A stretch of 64,000 bases of DNA from an uncultured Chloroflexia bacterium (GTDB lineage: Bacteria > Chloroflexota > Limnocylindria > Limnocylindrales > CSP1-4), in contig CAVVNQ010000010.1 of the NCBI GenBank assembly GCA_963749705.1, positions 1 through 64,000 on the forward strand, given 5' to 3'. The notes under the pieces are model-generated. The model worked only from the letters and a program-made list of their open reading frames with translations. It was not told the origin of the DNA and made no database searches. A program made the translations under genes and the position numbers. Position 1 is the stretch's first letter; every line of letters begins with the position of its first letter. Shown in pieces: positions 1 through 9,549 of the stretch.

Positions 1-64
1 GTCGCGTCCCCGCGCTCTGCCGGCGCCGGACCGGGGCTTGCCGCGTCGCCGCGCCCTGCCGCGT

Positions 65-769
65 CTACAGGTCGGCGACGCTGATGATGCCCCGCCGGAT
101 CGCGTACTTGAGCAGCTCAACCCGGTCGTGGAAGCCCAGCTTCTCCATGATGTTCGCCCGGTAGTTGTGGACGGTCTGCTCGGACAGGTGGAACACCTTC
201 GCGATCTCGCGGTTCGTGTGCCCGACCGCTGCCAGCAGCAGGACCTCCTTCTCCCGGTCGGACAGGTTTCCGTAGGCATCCTCGAGCGAGCCCTCGGGGC
301 TGCGCAGGACGTACGTGTTGACCATCCGGGTCACGATCGCCGGGCTCACGTACGTCTGGCCACGGCTGACGGAGCGCACGGCGGCAATGATGTCCGCCGG
401 CTCGGCTTCCCGCGTCAGGAACCCGTCTGCACCGGCCTTCAGGGCCAGGCTGAACTGCTCGCTGCCGCTGCGGCACTCGAGCGCGAGTACCTTCGCGCCC
501 GGCTTCGCCGCCCGGATCTGCTCGATCGTCTCGAACGTGGTTCCGCCGCTCCCCGGGCTGAACGGCAGGCATTCCGCGACGACGATGTCGGGCGCGTCCT
601 GCTCCAGGCTTCCGTCGAGGCTGTCGCGGTCGGTGACCACGCCCACCACGCGCATGTCGAGCTCGTCGTCGATGACCGAGCGGAACCCCTCGACGAGCAT
701 CGGAAAGTCGAAGATCGCAAGCATCACCCCCAGCTTGCCCACCCCGGCTCCCGTTCCGTTGCTCGCCAC
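65..769 (-). CDS. NarL/LuxR-family response regulator with atypical receiver domain
   Basis: C-terminal LuxR HTH (LSDREKEVL..GHTNREIA..LSEQTVHNYRANIMEKL); receiver-like N-terminus; true start may be slightly downstream. Confidence 0.9.
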   Translation of the reverse strand: MASNGTGAGVGKLGVMLAIFDFPMLVEGFRSVIDDELDMRVVGVVTDRDSLDGSLEQDAPDIVVAECLPFSPGSGGTTFETIEQIRAAKPGAKVLALECRSGSEQFSLALKAGADGFLTREAEPADIIAAVRSVSRGQTYVSPAIVTRMVNTYVLRSPEGSLEDAYGNLSDREKEVLLLAAVGHTNREIAKVFHLSEQTVHNYRANIMEKLGFHDRVELLKYAIRRGIISVADL

Positions 770-1115
770 CCCAGCCCTCGATTGTCGTTCTGCGCGCGCC
801 GGATCCCTGCGTCATGGGGACCGCAGTCTCCACTCTCGCTCGCCACGGCGCCCAACTGACGGGCCATCGGTCGCGTTGCCGTCCCGCCGGGGTCCGCTGG
901 GATCGGGACTCCCAGCCCCGTCGGCCCGGGCCCTTCGGGTCGTCACGGCTCCACCGACGTGCGGGGCATCGGGGCGCGACGCGCGTCGCCGAGCCACCGA
1001 CGGCCGTGCACTCGGCCCGACGCCCGTTGCGAAACAGGCGACGCCCGTCGCCCCGCGTGCGACGCCCGTCGCCGCGCGTTTGACGGTCGACGGCACCGGG
1101 CACACCCTTGCCCGC

Positions 1116-2342
1116 GTGAACCGAGACCGGCTGGCCACCCTGGTGTTCCTGGTCGCGCTGTGCACGGCTGTCGCGGGCTGCGACACCGGATCGAACGGCG
1201 TGTCGGCCGGGCCCACGAGCGGCGGTCCGGCACAGCCCGCCACCCCGCTTCCGACCGTGCGCCCGGTACCGGGGCACGAGGTGTACGGCTTTGTCCCGTA
1301 CTGGGAGATGGACGACACCATCGCCGCGCACGTGGCCACGACGTTCCTCACGACGCTCGGCCTGTTCTCGGTGACCAACGCCCGTGACGGCTCGATCGAC
1401 ACCAGCCAGAACGGCTATCGGAGGATCACCGGGGCCGTCGGGGCGCAGCTGATCCGGGACGCGCGGCAGCGCGGCGTCCGGACCGAGCTCGTGTTCACCA
1501 GCTTCGGGACCGATCGCAACGCGCTCCTGTTCGAGGACCCTGCCCTCCAGGACGCCACGATCCGGAGCCTGGTCGGCCTGGTCACGCGCCTCGGGGTGGA
1601 CGGCGTCAATGTCGATGTCGAATCACTGCCGCCCACGCTGGTGCCGGCCTATGGGGCGTTCGTCGGCAGGCTGCGGAACGCCGTCGAGGCCGCGAACCCG
1701 GACGGCCAGGTCTCGGTCGCGACGGCGGCCAACACGCTCGGCGCCGTGATGGCGCTCGCAGCCGCGGATGCCGGAGCCGACCGCATCTTCCTCATGGGCT
1801 ACGACTACCACTCGGCCGGATCGGGCCCGGGCGCCTCGGCGCCGCTCGCCCGGCGGGACGGGAGCGCGAAGAACCTGGCCTGGTCGCTGGACCTGTATGC
1901 GGACCTGGGCGTTCCCGTCGACCGCACGCTGCTCGGCTTGCCCCTGTACGGCATGGCGTGGCCGGTCCTCGTCCCGGAGGTCGGTGCGCCAAGGACGGGT
2001 CGGGGCGCCCCATGGATCCCGCGCCAGCACCTCGACGTGCTCGCCGATCCGTCGATCGTGCCGCTGCGGGACGATATCGAGGTCGTCGAGGTGTACCTCA
2101 TCGGGTCGGACGGCTCGCTCGGCGCCCCGACACCAGCGGCGCAGGTCAGCCCGGGCCTCGCCGATCGTCGAACCTGGCAAGCCGTCTATATCGACTCGCC
2201 GGCGACCCTGGCCCCCAAGCTCTCGCTGGCCAACGAGCGAGGGCTCGCGGGGGCCGGCCTGTGGGCGATCGGGTACGAGCGGGGGCTGCCGGCCTTCACG
2301 GACCTCATCGCGCGCTTCGGGGCCGGGCAACCCCTCCGGTAG
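1116..2342 (+). CDS. Glycoside hydrolase family 18 lipoprotein
   Basis: Lipobox AVAGC; DGVNVDVE catalytic motif, FLMGYDY, LLGLPLYG, GLWAIG; GTG start at 1116 chosen within ORF 315..2342. Confidence 0.8.
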   Translation: MNRDRLATLVFLVALCTAVAGCDTGSNGVSAGPTSGGPAQPATPLPTVRPVPGHEVYGFVPYWEMDDTIAAHVATTFLTTLGLFSVTNARDGSIDTSQNGYRRITGAVGAQLIRDARQRGVRTELVFTSFGTDRNALLFEDPALQDATIRSLVGLVTRLGVDGVNVDVESLPPTLVPAYGAFVGRLRNAVEAANPDGQVSVATAANTLGAVMALAAADAGADRIFLMGYDYHSAGSGPGASAPLARRDGSAKNLAWSLDLYADLGVPVDRTLLGLPLYGMAWPVLVPEVGAPRTGRGAPWIPRQHLDVLADPSIVPLRDDIEVVEVYLIGSDGSLGAPTPAAQVSPGLADRRTWQAVYIDSPATLAPKLSLANERGLAGAGLWAIGYERGLPAFTDLIARFGAGQPLR

Positions 2343-2365
2343 GCGTCGGACCCGCGTCGCGGCGG

Positions 2366-3709
2366 TCAGGTTGCGGCGATCGGGCGGTCCTGCGACGCCG
2401 CGGCCATCGGCGTCCCCTGCGGCACCAGAAGCCAGGTCGGGGTGGGGCCCTTGCCCTTCACCTCGATCAGGCCCCGCGGCTCGAGGCCGAACCGGCCCTG
2501 GAGCCGTTCCCGCACCGCATGGGTGACCTGGACCCGCCCGGGCACCCCCAGCGACTCCATCCGGCTGGCCATGTTGACGGTGTCGCCCCAGATGTCGTAG
2601 ATGAACTTCTTGGTCCCGATGACGCCGGCCACGACGGGACCGCAGTGCATGCCGATCCGGAAGCTGATGCGCAGGCGCGCGGCGGCAGGGATCTCGTTCA
2701 CCGCCCCGGCCAGGCCAAGCGCCATCGATGCGACCCGCGCCGTATGGTCGCCCGAGCTGTCCGGCATGCCGCCCACGACCATGTAGGCATCGCCGATGGT
2801 CTTGACCTTCTCCAGCCCGTGCCGCTCCACGAGGTCGTCGAACACGCAGAACACGTCGTTGAGCACGCCCACCAGCTCCGAGGGCGACATCGTCGACGAC
2901 AGGCGCGTGAACTCGACGATGTCGGCGAACAGCAGCGTGACATCGTCGAAGCGGTCGGCGATCAACGGCTCGCCGTCGCGCAGCCGGTCGGCGATCGGCT
3001 CGGGGAGGATGTTCAGCAGCAGGCGCTCGTTGTCGCGCGCGAGCCGCTCCCGCTCCTTGACTGCCGTCACGTCCGTTCCGTAGACGTTGATGAAGCCGAA
3101 GCCGGGCACCTCGACGGGATGCAGGGTGAACGCCCGGCCGTCGGCCGCGACCTCGATCGACGCGCCGGTGCCCGCGGAAGCCCGGCCGAGCAGCGCATCG
3201 CGCACGTCCGTCTCGAACACCTCGCCGACAGCCATCCCGAGCCCCGCCAGGAGGCCACTGCTGGCGGGGTTCGCGTAGACCAGGCGGCCCGCACGATCCA
3301 CGCGCAGCACCGGGTTCGGGTTCTCGTCCGGGAACTTGGTGATCGCGCGTTCCGCGGTCACATCCCGCCCGTAGAGGTTCGTGAAGCCCAGGTCCTCGAT
3401 GGGTACCGGCCACAGCGCATACGTGCGTCCGCGGGCCTCGACCTCGATCAGCCCGCGTTCTGGTGCGACGCAGTCGAGCCGGGCGATGACCTCTGCCGGC
3501 AGACGGCCGCCCACGTCGACGCCGAATGCCTCGAGCACGTCGGCGCTGGCCGGGTTCGCGTAGATCAGGTGCCCATCGCGGTCGACGCGCATCACCGGGT
3601 TCGGGTTGTCGTCCGGAAAGCGGTTGATCGCGCTGATCTGCGCTCCCGTGAGGCGAGCGGCGCCGTCGTGCGCCGTCTGCGCAGCGGCCCCGGGGACGCG
3701 TCCTGCCAT
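2366..3709 (-). CDS. PAS-PAS class III adenylate cyclase
   Basis: Two repeated PAS-like segments (FPDxNPNPVxRVD..YANPAS); cyclase motifs FADIVEFT, KTIGDAYM, YDIWGDTVNMASRME (K/D = ATP specificity). Confidence 0.92.
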   Translation of the reverse strand: MAGRVPGAAAQTAHDGAARLTGAQISAINRFPDDNPNPVMRVDRDGHLIYANPASADVLEAFGVDVGGRLPAEVIARLDCVAPERGLIEVEARGRTYALWPVPIEDLGFTNLYGRDVTAERAITKFPDENPNPVLRVDRAGRLVYANPASSGLLAGLGMAVGEVFETDVRDALLGRASAGTGASIEVAADGRAFTLHPVEVPGFGFINVYGTDVTAVKERERLARDNERLLLNILPEPIADRLRDGEPLIADRFDDVTLLFADIVEFTRLSSTMSPSELVGVLNDVFCVFDDLVERHGLEKVKTIGDAYMVVGGMPDSSGDHTARVASMALGLAGAVNEIPAAARLRISFRIGMHCGPVVAGVIGTKKFIYDIWGDTVNMASRMESLGVPGRVQVTHAVRERLQGRFGLEPRGLIEVKGKGPTPTWLLVPQGTPMAAASQDRPIAAT

Positions 3710-3743
3710 CGTCAGATCCTAGGAGGCCCGTCAACACGAACGA

Positions 3744-3956
3744 CAGACCGTCTCGACGTCAGACCGTCTCGACGTCAGACCGACGCGAACGGCGCACGAC
3801 GCGAACGGCGCACGACGCGAACGGCGCACGACGCGAACGGCGCACGACGCGAACGGCGCACGACGCGAACGGCGCACGACGCGAACGGCGCACGACGCGA
3901 ACGGCGCACGACGCGAACGGCGCACGACGCGAACGGCGCACGACGCGAACGGCGCA
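3744..3956. repeat. Tandem repeats: about 2.3 x CAGACCGTCTCGACGT then 11 x CGACGCGAACGGCGCA (both 16 bp)
   Basis: Read directly; 11 perfect copies at 3781-3956, no spacers. Confidence 0.97.
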
Positions 3957-4116
3957 ACGTCGTGCCCGGACCGGACGAATGGCCCTACGCGCCTGGCCTG
4001 ATCGCGGCCGATGCTGCGCTGGCGCCCTGCATCGGCGCCTGCCCCGGCGCCTCACACGCCCGATCGACAGCCGACCGCGGGTCGCTGCCGTCGTATCGCC
4101 CTCGAGGGTCTGCAAC

Positions 4117-4593
4117 ATGGTCACTGCGCAGCACGCCATCGACGACTTCCTTGCCCAGCCACGCATCGCCGTCGCCGGCGTGTCGCGCGAGGCTGCAGGT
4201 CACGGCGGCAACGTCGTGTACCAGCGGTTGCGCGATCGCGGCTACACGGTGTTCGCGGTCAACCCGCACACCGACGTCATCGATGGCGACACGTGCTATC
4301 GGGACCTTCGCTCGATCCCGGGCGGTGTCGACGCCGTGGTCATCGCGACCGCGCCGGAAGCCGCCGAGTCGATCGCCCGGGAGTGCAAGGAGCTCGGGAT
4401 CACGCGCGTCTGGATGCACCGGTCGTTCGGTGCCGGAAGCGTCTCGAAGGAGGCCCACGAGTACTGCCGCGCGAACGGGATCGCATCGATCGCCGGCGGC
4501 TGCCCGCTCATGTACGGGAGACCGTCCGACGGTGGGCATCGGATGATGCGCTGGATGCTGGGCCTGTTCGGCAAGCTGCCGCGTGAAGCCTGA
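4117..4593 (+). CDS. CoA-binding protein (YccU-like)
   Basis: IAVAGVSR, VFAVNP, VDAVVIAT, RVWMH, GGCP motifs. Confidence 0.88.
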   Translation: MVTAQHAIDDFLAQPRIAVAGVSREAAGHGGNVVYQRLRDRGYTVFAVNPHTDVIDGDTCYRDLRSIPGGVDAVVIATAPEAAESIARECKELGITRVWMHRSFGAGSVSKEAHEYCRANGIASIAGGCPLMYGRPSDGGHRMMRWMLGLFGKLPREA

Positions 4594-5014
4594 GCCGGTG
4601 GGTCAGTAGCCCGATCGCGGACCGGCGGCCGCTCGGCAACTTCCCGCGTTCCGGCCACCGAACGATGGCCTGCGTGTTATCCGCCGCCGTGCCACGGTGC
4701 GCCGGGTCCGTCCGTCGCCTCGTGTTGCGTGGCGAGCGTGCGGGAGGCCTCGGTCCCAGCCCGGCTTGTCCTCGACCTGGCCACGTACCGATGGAGCGCG
4801 TCGTTGGCCACCTGCTCCTGGCCGAGCACGTACCCCAGCTGTGGGTGGCGAAGATCCAGCGTCGCGGGGCCGATACGGCGCACCTGATCGTTGGCCGGCC
4901 AGATCGTCGAGCCGGGCGGCGGGATACGACGCACCTGGACGTTGCGTGGCAGGGATCCCGGCTGACCGGAGCGAGCCCTGCTGCTGGCCGGAGCGGGGGA
5001 GTCGCCGCGTGACC

Positions 5015-5308
5015 TCAGCCTCGGGACGCACCCACCACGATGTCGGCCTGCTCGGGGTGACGCTCCAGGTATGCCTTGACGTACGGACAGATCGGGATCA
5101 CGCGCAGCTCACGGCGCCGCGCGTCGTCGAGCGCGAAGCGGACCAGCTGCGAGGCGACCCCGCGACCCTCGTGGCCGGCCACGGTCTCGGTGTGGACGAG
5201 CGCAAGCCGCCCGCGCTTGAGCACGTACTCGAGGAACCCCGCGAGCTCGTCGCCTTCCTGTGCTTCGTAGCGCTGACGGTCGGCGGTGTCGGTGATGGTG
5301 AGGCGCAT
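5015..5308 (-). CDS. Small GNAT acetyltransferase (YjdJ-like)
   Basis: HTETV..EGRGVASQL...VIPICPYV signature; TACCAT 7 nt before ATG. Confidence 0.9.
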   Translation of the reverse strand: MRLTITDTADRQRYEAQEGDELAGFLEYVLKRGRLALVHTETVAGHEGRGVASQLVRFALDDARRRELRVIPICPYVKAYLERHPEQADIVVGASRG

Positions 5309-5375
5309 CGGCCCGATGGTACCGGCGCGGGGAGCCGCCTCGCCGACCTCGTCGCGGCGACAGGTCCCGGCCCGA

Positions 5376-6359
5376 TCACGGGATGTGCCGGAACAGCCTT
5401 CGGAACGTCGGCCGGAAGCCGAGCCTTGGCCACGTCCGGCTCGACAACAGGTTCGTCTCACGCCAGTCCGTGACGACGGTCCGATATCCAGCGTCGCGCG
5501 ACCAGGCAAGCACCGCCTCGCCCAGCGCGCGCCCGGCGCCCAGGCCCCGCGCCTCGGGCAGGACGGCCGCGAAACCCAGGAACCCGGCGCGGTCCGGCCG
5601 CACGATCCCGTGATGCTCTGACGACTCCTCGATCGAGCAGCCCACCGCGGACCCGATGACGAGGCCGTCGTGCTCGGCGACGAAGGTCGTGAACCGCGGG
5701 TCGTCGAACTCGTCCTCGAGCTCGTTGACCACCTCCTCGAGCGCGGGCAGCTGCTGTCCGCTGAACACGGGTGACAGCGCCTGGTGCTCCGGCAGGACCA
5801 GGTCCAGGCGCCCGAGCGTCGGGATGTCGTGCCGCTCCGCCCTGCGGATCCGCACGCGGGCCGGAACCTCGAACGTGTCGCCTGGCCCCGGGACGTCACG
5901 GATCGCGTGGACGTGCTGCTGGCCGAAGCCCACCCGGAACCACGCATCGACGAGCGTGGGATCCGTCGTGGGGACGACGGCGTAGTGGCTCACCATGCCG
6001 GACTCGACCCATCGCGTCGCGACCCAGGCGTAGAGGTCGCGAACGAGCTCCGGATCGTCGGCTGGCACGGCGTGACCGGCGCCCTCGACCCACATGTTCG
6101 GTCCCCACATGGCGCCGCGGGGTGCGCCCAGCAGGTATCCGACCATCGCGGGGCGCCGGAACGCGACCGCGCCGGACGCTCCGTCCTTGCTGAGCAGGCG
6201 GGCGATCTCGGCGCGACACACGGTTGCGTCCTCGTACGCCCGGTTGAGCCCGGGCTCGATGCGCCGCTGTAGGCGGTGCCGGCCGGCGAGCAGCCGCGAG
6301 GCACCATCCAGGTGCTGAACACCGAACGGGAGCAGCTCGAGGGGAACCCTGCGACCCAT
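5376..6359 (-). CDS. GNAT family N-acetyltransferase
   Basis: AVLPEARGLGAGRAL acetyl-CoA motif, TDWRETNLLSSRTWPRLGF; GAGGAGG RBS before ATG. Confidence 0.85.
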   Translation of the reverse strand: MGRRVPLELLPFGVQHLDGASRLLAGRHRLQRRIEPGLNRAYEDATVCRAEIARLLSKDGASGAVAFRRPAMVGYLLGAPRGAMWGPNMWVEGAGHAVPADDPELVRDLYAWVATRWVESGMVSHYAVVPTTDPTLVDAWFRVGFGQQHVHAIRDVPGPGDTFEVPARVRIRRAERHDIPTLGRLDLVLPEHQALSPVFSGQQLPALEEVVNELEDEFDDPRFTTFVAEHDGLVIGSAVGCSIEESSEHHGIVRPDRAGFLGFAAVLPEARGLGAGRALGEAVLAWSRDAGYRTVVTDWRETNLLSSRTWPRLGFRPTFRRLFRHIP

Positions 6360-6497
6360 GCGCCTCCTCAGGCTCGAACGCGTCACGTGCCGAAACCGGC
6401 GACGGCCACCAGCGCTCGGACGATACCGAGGATCCCGGCAGCGCGTGGGGCCAGTCGGGCGCTCGCGAGGCAGGGGATCGCCGCGAATCGGACCTCA

Positions 6498-6550
6498 TTG
6501 ACTGAATCTACATTCAGCGATAGTGTTACGACTGACTATCGAGTCAGTCG
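6498..6550 (+). promoter_or_regulatory. Sigma70-type promoter with two palindromic operators upstream of the TetR gene
   Basis: TTGACT(6498)-17 bp-TAGTGT(6521); inverted repeats CTGAAT-N4-ATTCAG (6502-6517) and CGACTGACT-N4-AGTCAGTCG (6529-6550). Confidence 0.75.
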
Positions 6551-6604
6551 CGGGATGGCGCGACGGTGCCGTCCGGGCACACGGTGCCGTCCGGGAGGAA
6601 CCCG

Positions 6605-7222
6605 ATGGAGCGCAGGGCGAGCGGTCGAGGCGAGCAGGCCAGGGAATCCAGCACATCGAGGGTGCTGGCCTCGGCTCGCATCCTGTTCGCCAGGCGAGGC
6701 TTCTCCTCCTGCCGCGTGGCGGATATCGCGCGCGATGCGGGCATGAGCCCGGGCAACGTGTACTGGCTGTTCGATTCGAAGGAGGCGATCCTGCGCGCGA
6801 TCCTCGTGGACGGGCTCGCCGAGCTCGAGCGGATGGCTGCCGCCGTGGCCGGTGAATACGGTCCGGCGCGGCGCAAGCTCGACATCCTGGTTGCCCGGAC
6901 GATCGACCACTACCGGCGGAACGCTGCGCTGATGACCATCCTCGGCAGCCTGGGTGGCGACGGTGGCCGAGAGCTGCTGCGAAGGCTGGGGATCGATCGC
7001 GACGCCATCGACGAGCGCCGAAGGGCGCACCTTCGACAGGTGCTCGCCGAGGCGCGCTCCGAAGGCGCCGTGGCGCCGGCGGACCCGGACCTCCTGGTGA
7101 CGTTGTACCTGGCGCTGTTCGATGGTCTGGTCGCAGGCGACCTCCGGCGGTGGTCCGAGATCCCGTCCGATGACCTGCGCGACGCCGCGCTTCGGGTGAT
7201 CGGGTACCGCCCCGCCGGATAG
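6605..7222 (+). CDS. TetR/AcrR family transcriptional regulator
   Basis: HTH: LFARRGF..VADIARDAGMSPGNVYWLFDSKEAIL; GGAGG RBS. Confidence 0.93.
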   Translation: MERRASGRGEQARESSTSRVLASARILFARRGFSSCRVADIARDAGMSPGNVYWLFDSKEAILRAILVDGLAELERMAAAVAGEYGPARRKLDILVARTIDHYRRNAALMTILGSLGGDGGRELLRRLGIDRDAIDERRRAHLRQVLAEARSEGAVAPADPDLLVTLYLALFDGLVAGDLRRWSEIPSDDLRDAALRVIGYRPAG

Positions 7223-7251
7223 CCGGCGTCGCGGTCAGGGCCAGGTGTGGG

Positions 7252-8079
7252 TCATTCCGGGTCCGCGGGCTCGCCGGCGGCCGGCTTCCGGTACAGGAAC
7301 GCGTCCTGCACGTCGGACTCGCCGAGCGCCAGGCGTTGGAGCCGGTACAGGTGAGTGCCCATGGCATATGCGTCGGACGGCGCGAGTCCCTCGGCCCGGC
7401 GGCTTGACTCGAACTCGATCCGGACCGCCAGCGTCGGGTGGCGCGTGATCAGGCCGGCGACTCGCTCCGCCTCGGTCATCAGCTCCTCGGGCTCGACGAC
7501 GCGGTTGACCAGGTGGATCCGCAATGCCTCGGCCGCATCGATCGGCTCGCCGGTCAGGGCCATCTCCCAGGCGGTTGTCGCCGGGACATGCCGGGACAGC
7601 TGCATCGCGCCGGCAAGCCCGCCCATGCCATAGGCGATCTCGGGGAGCCCGAACCGCGCGTCGGGCGTCGCGATCCGGATGTCTGTGAGCTTGAGCAGGT
7701 ACGCGAGACCTCGGCCGAGGCACCAGCCGCGGACGGCGCCGATGATCGGCTTGGTCCGCTCCAGACCGAGCACCCGATCGGCCCAGTCATAGCCGGGCGT
7801 TGAGGGGTCGCCCATCCCGGCCGGCCCGGAGCTCATGGCCGCCAGCAGATCGCTGACCGCGGATCCCGAGCCCGGTTCCTCGGACCTGATGTCGTCCCCG
7901 GCGCAGAAGGCGCGCTCACCCGCGCCGGTCAGGATCCCGGCGACGAGGTCGGGATCTGCCTGGAAGTCCAGGAGCGCCTCGTGCATCTGCCGGTGCATCA
8001 CCTGGGTCAGCGGGTTCACCTTGCCGTTGCGGATGGTGAACGTGGCCAAGGGTCCGGCCTTGACGTACTCGATGGTCAC
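7252..8079 (-). CDS. Enoyl-CoA hydratase/isomerase family protein
   Basis: GERAFCAGDDI, KPIIGAVRG, FGLPEI, ALTGEPIDAAEA. Confidence 0.9.
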   Translation of the reverse strand: MTIEYVKAGPLATFTIRNGKVNPLTQVMHRQMHEALLDFQADPDLVAGILTGAGERAFCAGDDIRSEEPGSGSAVSDLLAAMSSGPAGMGDPSTPGYDWADRVLGLERTKPIIGAVRGWCLGRGLAYLLKLTDIRIATPDARFGLPEIAYGMGGLAGAMQLSRHVPATTAWEMALTGEPIDAAEALRIHLVNRVVEPEELMTEAERVAGLITRHPTLAVRIEFESSRRAEGLAPSDAYAMGTHLYRLQRLALGESDVQDAFLYRKPAAGEPADPE

Positions 8080-8160
8080 CGAATGTCCCTCGCGTGGATG
8101 GCTGGATGCCGCTGCGGGCGCCGGGGTTCGGTGCCGGCGACCCGCGCGAACGTCGTCGGG

Positions 8161-9336
8161 CTACTCGCCGTTGCCCTCTCGTGCCGCGGCACCACCGGAG
8201 TCGGCCCCGCCCTTCTCGGTCAGGAACCGGCCAAGGCTGGCGCGCCACATCGCCCTGGCGTGGAAGGAGCCATCGGGGTTGATCCCGGCAGGGATGCCGT
8301 AGCGGATCAGCGTCTCGAGCAGCGGGCTCAGCTGCTGGCCGTAGAGCTGCATGCACGGCTCCGGTGCCACCCCGGGCCACGAGTAGCAGGACACGACCGT
8401 GCGCCGGTGGTCGGTCGGGATCCCCGGGGGGAGCCGGTCCCATGCCGGGTCGTCCGGCCCGAACTCCCACTGATCGAGGTTGCCCTGGGGGATGCCCTCG
8501 ATCCCTCGGACCACGGGCGGATCGTTGTCCAGCAGGTAGGGGTCGACCGCGAGATCGCAGATCACGGCATGGGCGGGCATGAACCCGAGCCACGCGTTGG
8601 GGAACAGCGGTCGCGACGTGTCGCGCCTCGCGGTGGCATCGACGAGGATGTCGGTGACCGCCAGCCGATGCTGGAGATAGGCCTCGTTCCCCGACAGGTT
8701 CTGGTCGACGACCACGACCTCGACCCCCGGCAGGCCCTCGCGCATGAACCGCTCGTTGCGCGCGTCGTCGCCACACCGGACCGCCCATTCGACGGCGAGC
8801 TTGCCGACCCCGCCCGAGCCCATGATCGTGACCCGGACCGGAAGCCGCATCGGTGACAGCAGCGCCGGCCATCGACGCTCGAGCGCGTCGAACGCTGCGG
8901 CCAGGCCGTTGCGGGCCACGTCGCGCAGGTTCTGGACGAGGCGCCGGCCGTCGTCGCCGGTCACCATATCGAGCGCGATCGCCTCGATGCCGAGGCCGCC
9001 GAGGAGCTCGACCCGTGCCGGCCGGGTCACGAAGTGGAGCATGGAGATCAGCAGCGATCCTGGCTGGAGCAGGTCGTACCGGCCCTCCGGGGCGCGCAGC
9101 ACGACCACGATGTCCTGGGCGTACGCGGTCGCCTCGTCGACGATGTTGACGTTCGGCGACACCGCGCGGTAGTCGTCATCGGTGTATCCCATCCCGGTCC
9201 CGCTGCCGGTCTCGACGAACACATCCAGGCCCTTCTCCGCCAGCAGGCCGATCAACGGCGGCAGGAACGCCCGCCGCTCACCGGGCTCGTTGTACATGCG
9301 CGGGAAGCCGATGCTGAGATCATCGTCCGGGATCAT
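8161..9336 (-). CDS. AlaDH/PNT-family NAD(P)-dependent oxidoreductase (N5-carboxyethyl-ornithine synthase / saccharopine dehydrogenase-like)
   Basis: IGFPRMYNEPGERRAFLP, VETGSGTGMGYTDDDY, Rossmann GSGGVG, ICDLAVD; own GAGGT RBS before ATG 9336. Confidence 0.7.
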   Translation of the reverse strand: MIPDDDLSIGFPRMYNEPGERRAFLPPLIGLLAEKGLDVFVETGSGTGMGYTDDDYRAVSPNVNIVDEATAYAQDIVVVLRAPEGRYDLLQPGSLLISMLHFVTRPARVELLGGLGIEAIALDMVTGDDGRRLVQNLRDVARNGLAAAFDALERRWPALLSPMRLPVRVTIMGSGGVGKLAVEWAVRCGDDARNERFMREGLPGVEVVVVDQNLSGNEAYLQHRLAVTDILVDATARRDTSRPLFPNAWLGFMPAHAVICDLAVDPYLLDNDPPVVRGIEGIPQGNLDQWEFGPDDPAWDRLPPGIPTDHRRTVVSCYSWPGVAPEPCMQLYGQQLSPLLETLIRYGIPAGINPDGSFHARAMWRASLGRFLTEKGGADSGGAAAREGNGE

Positions 9337-9549
9337 CGATACCTCGGTCGTGGCGTTCGTCAGGGCCATGGGCATGCGTCCGGCGCCTCCGTCCCGACGA
9401 GCCCTCGGCGCCATCATCGACCAGGCGAGCGCCGCTCCACAACGTCCAGGCGGACCTGCGGTTTGGGCGCGGGTGGCCGTTGCCCGGCAGAACGGCGCCA
9501 CGTGGAGTCGGTCGACAAGGACACGCGAGCCCGCTGGACATCGGCGTGC

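Noticed and set aside
3781-3956. Possible CRISPR array
   Set aside because: Head-to-tail 16-mers with no spacers and no cas genes
4677-4934. Small ORF with a QVRRI duplication on the minus strand
   Set aside because: No clear start signal or family motif; possibly a gene relic
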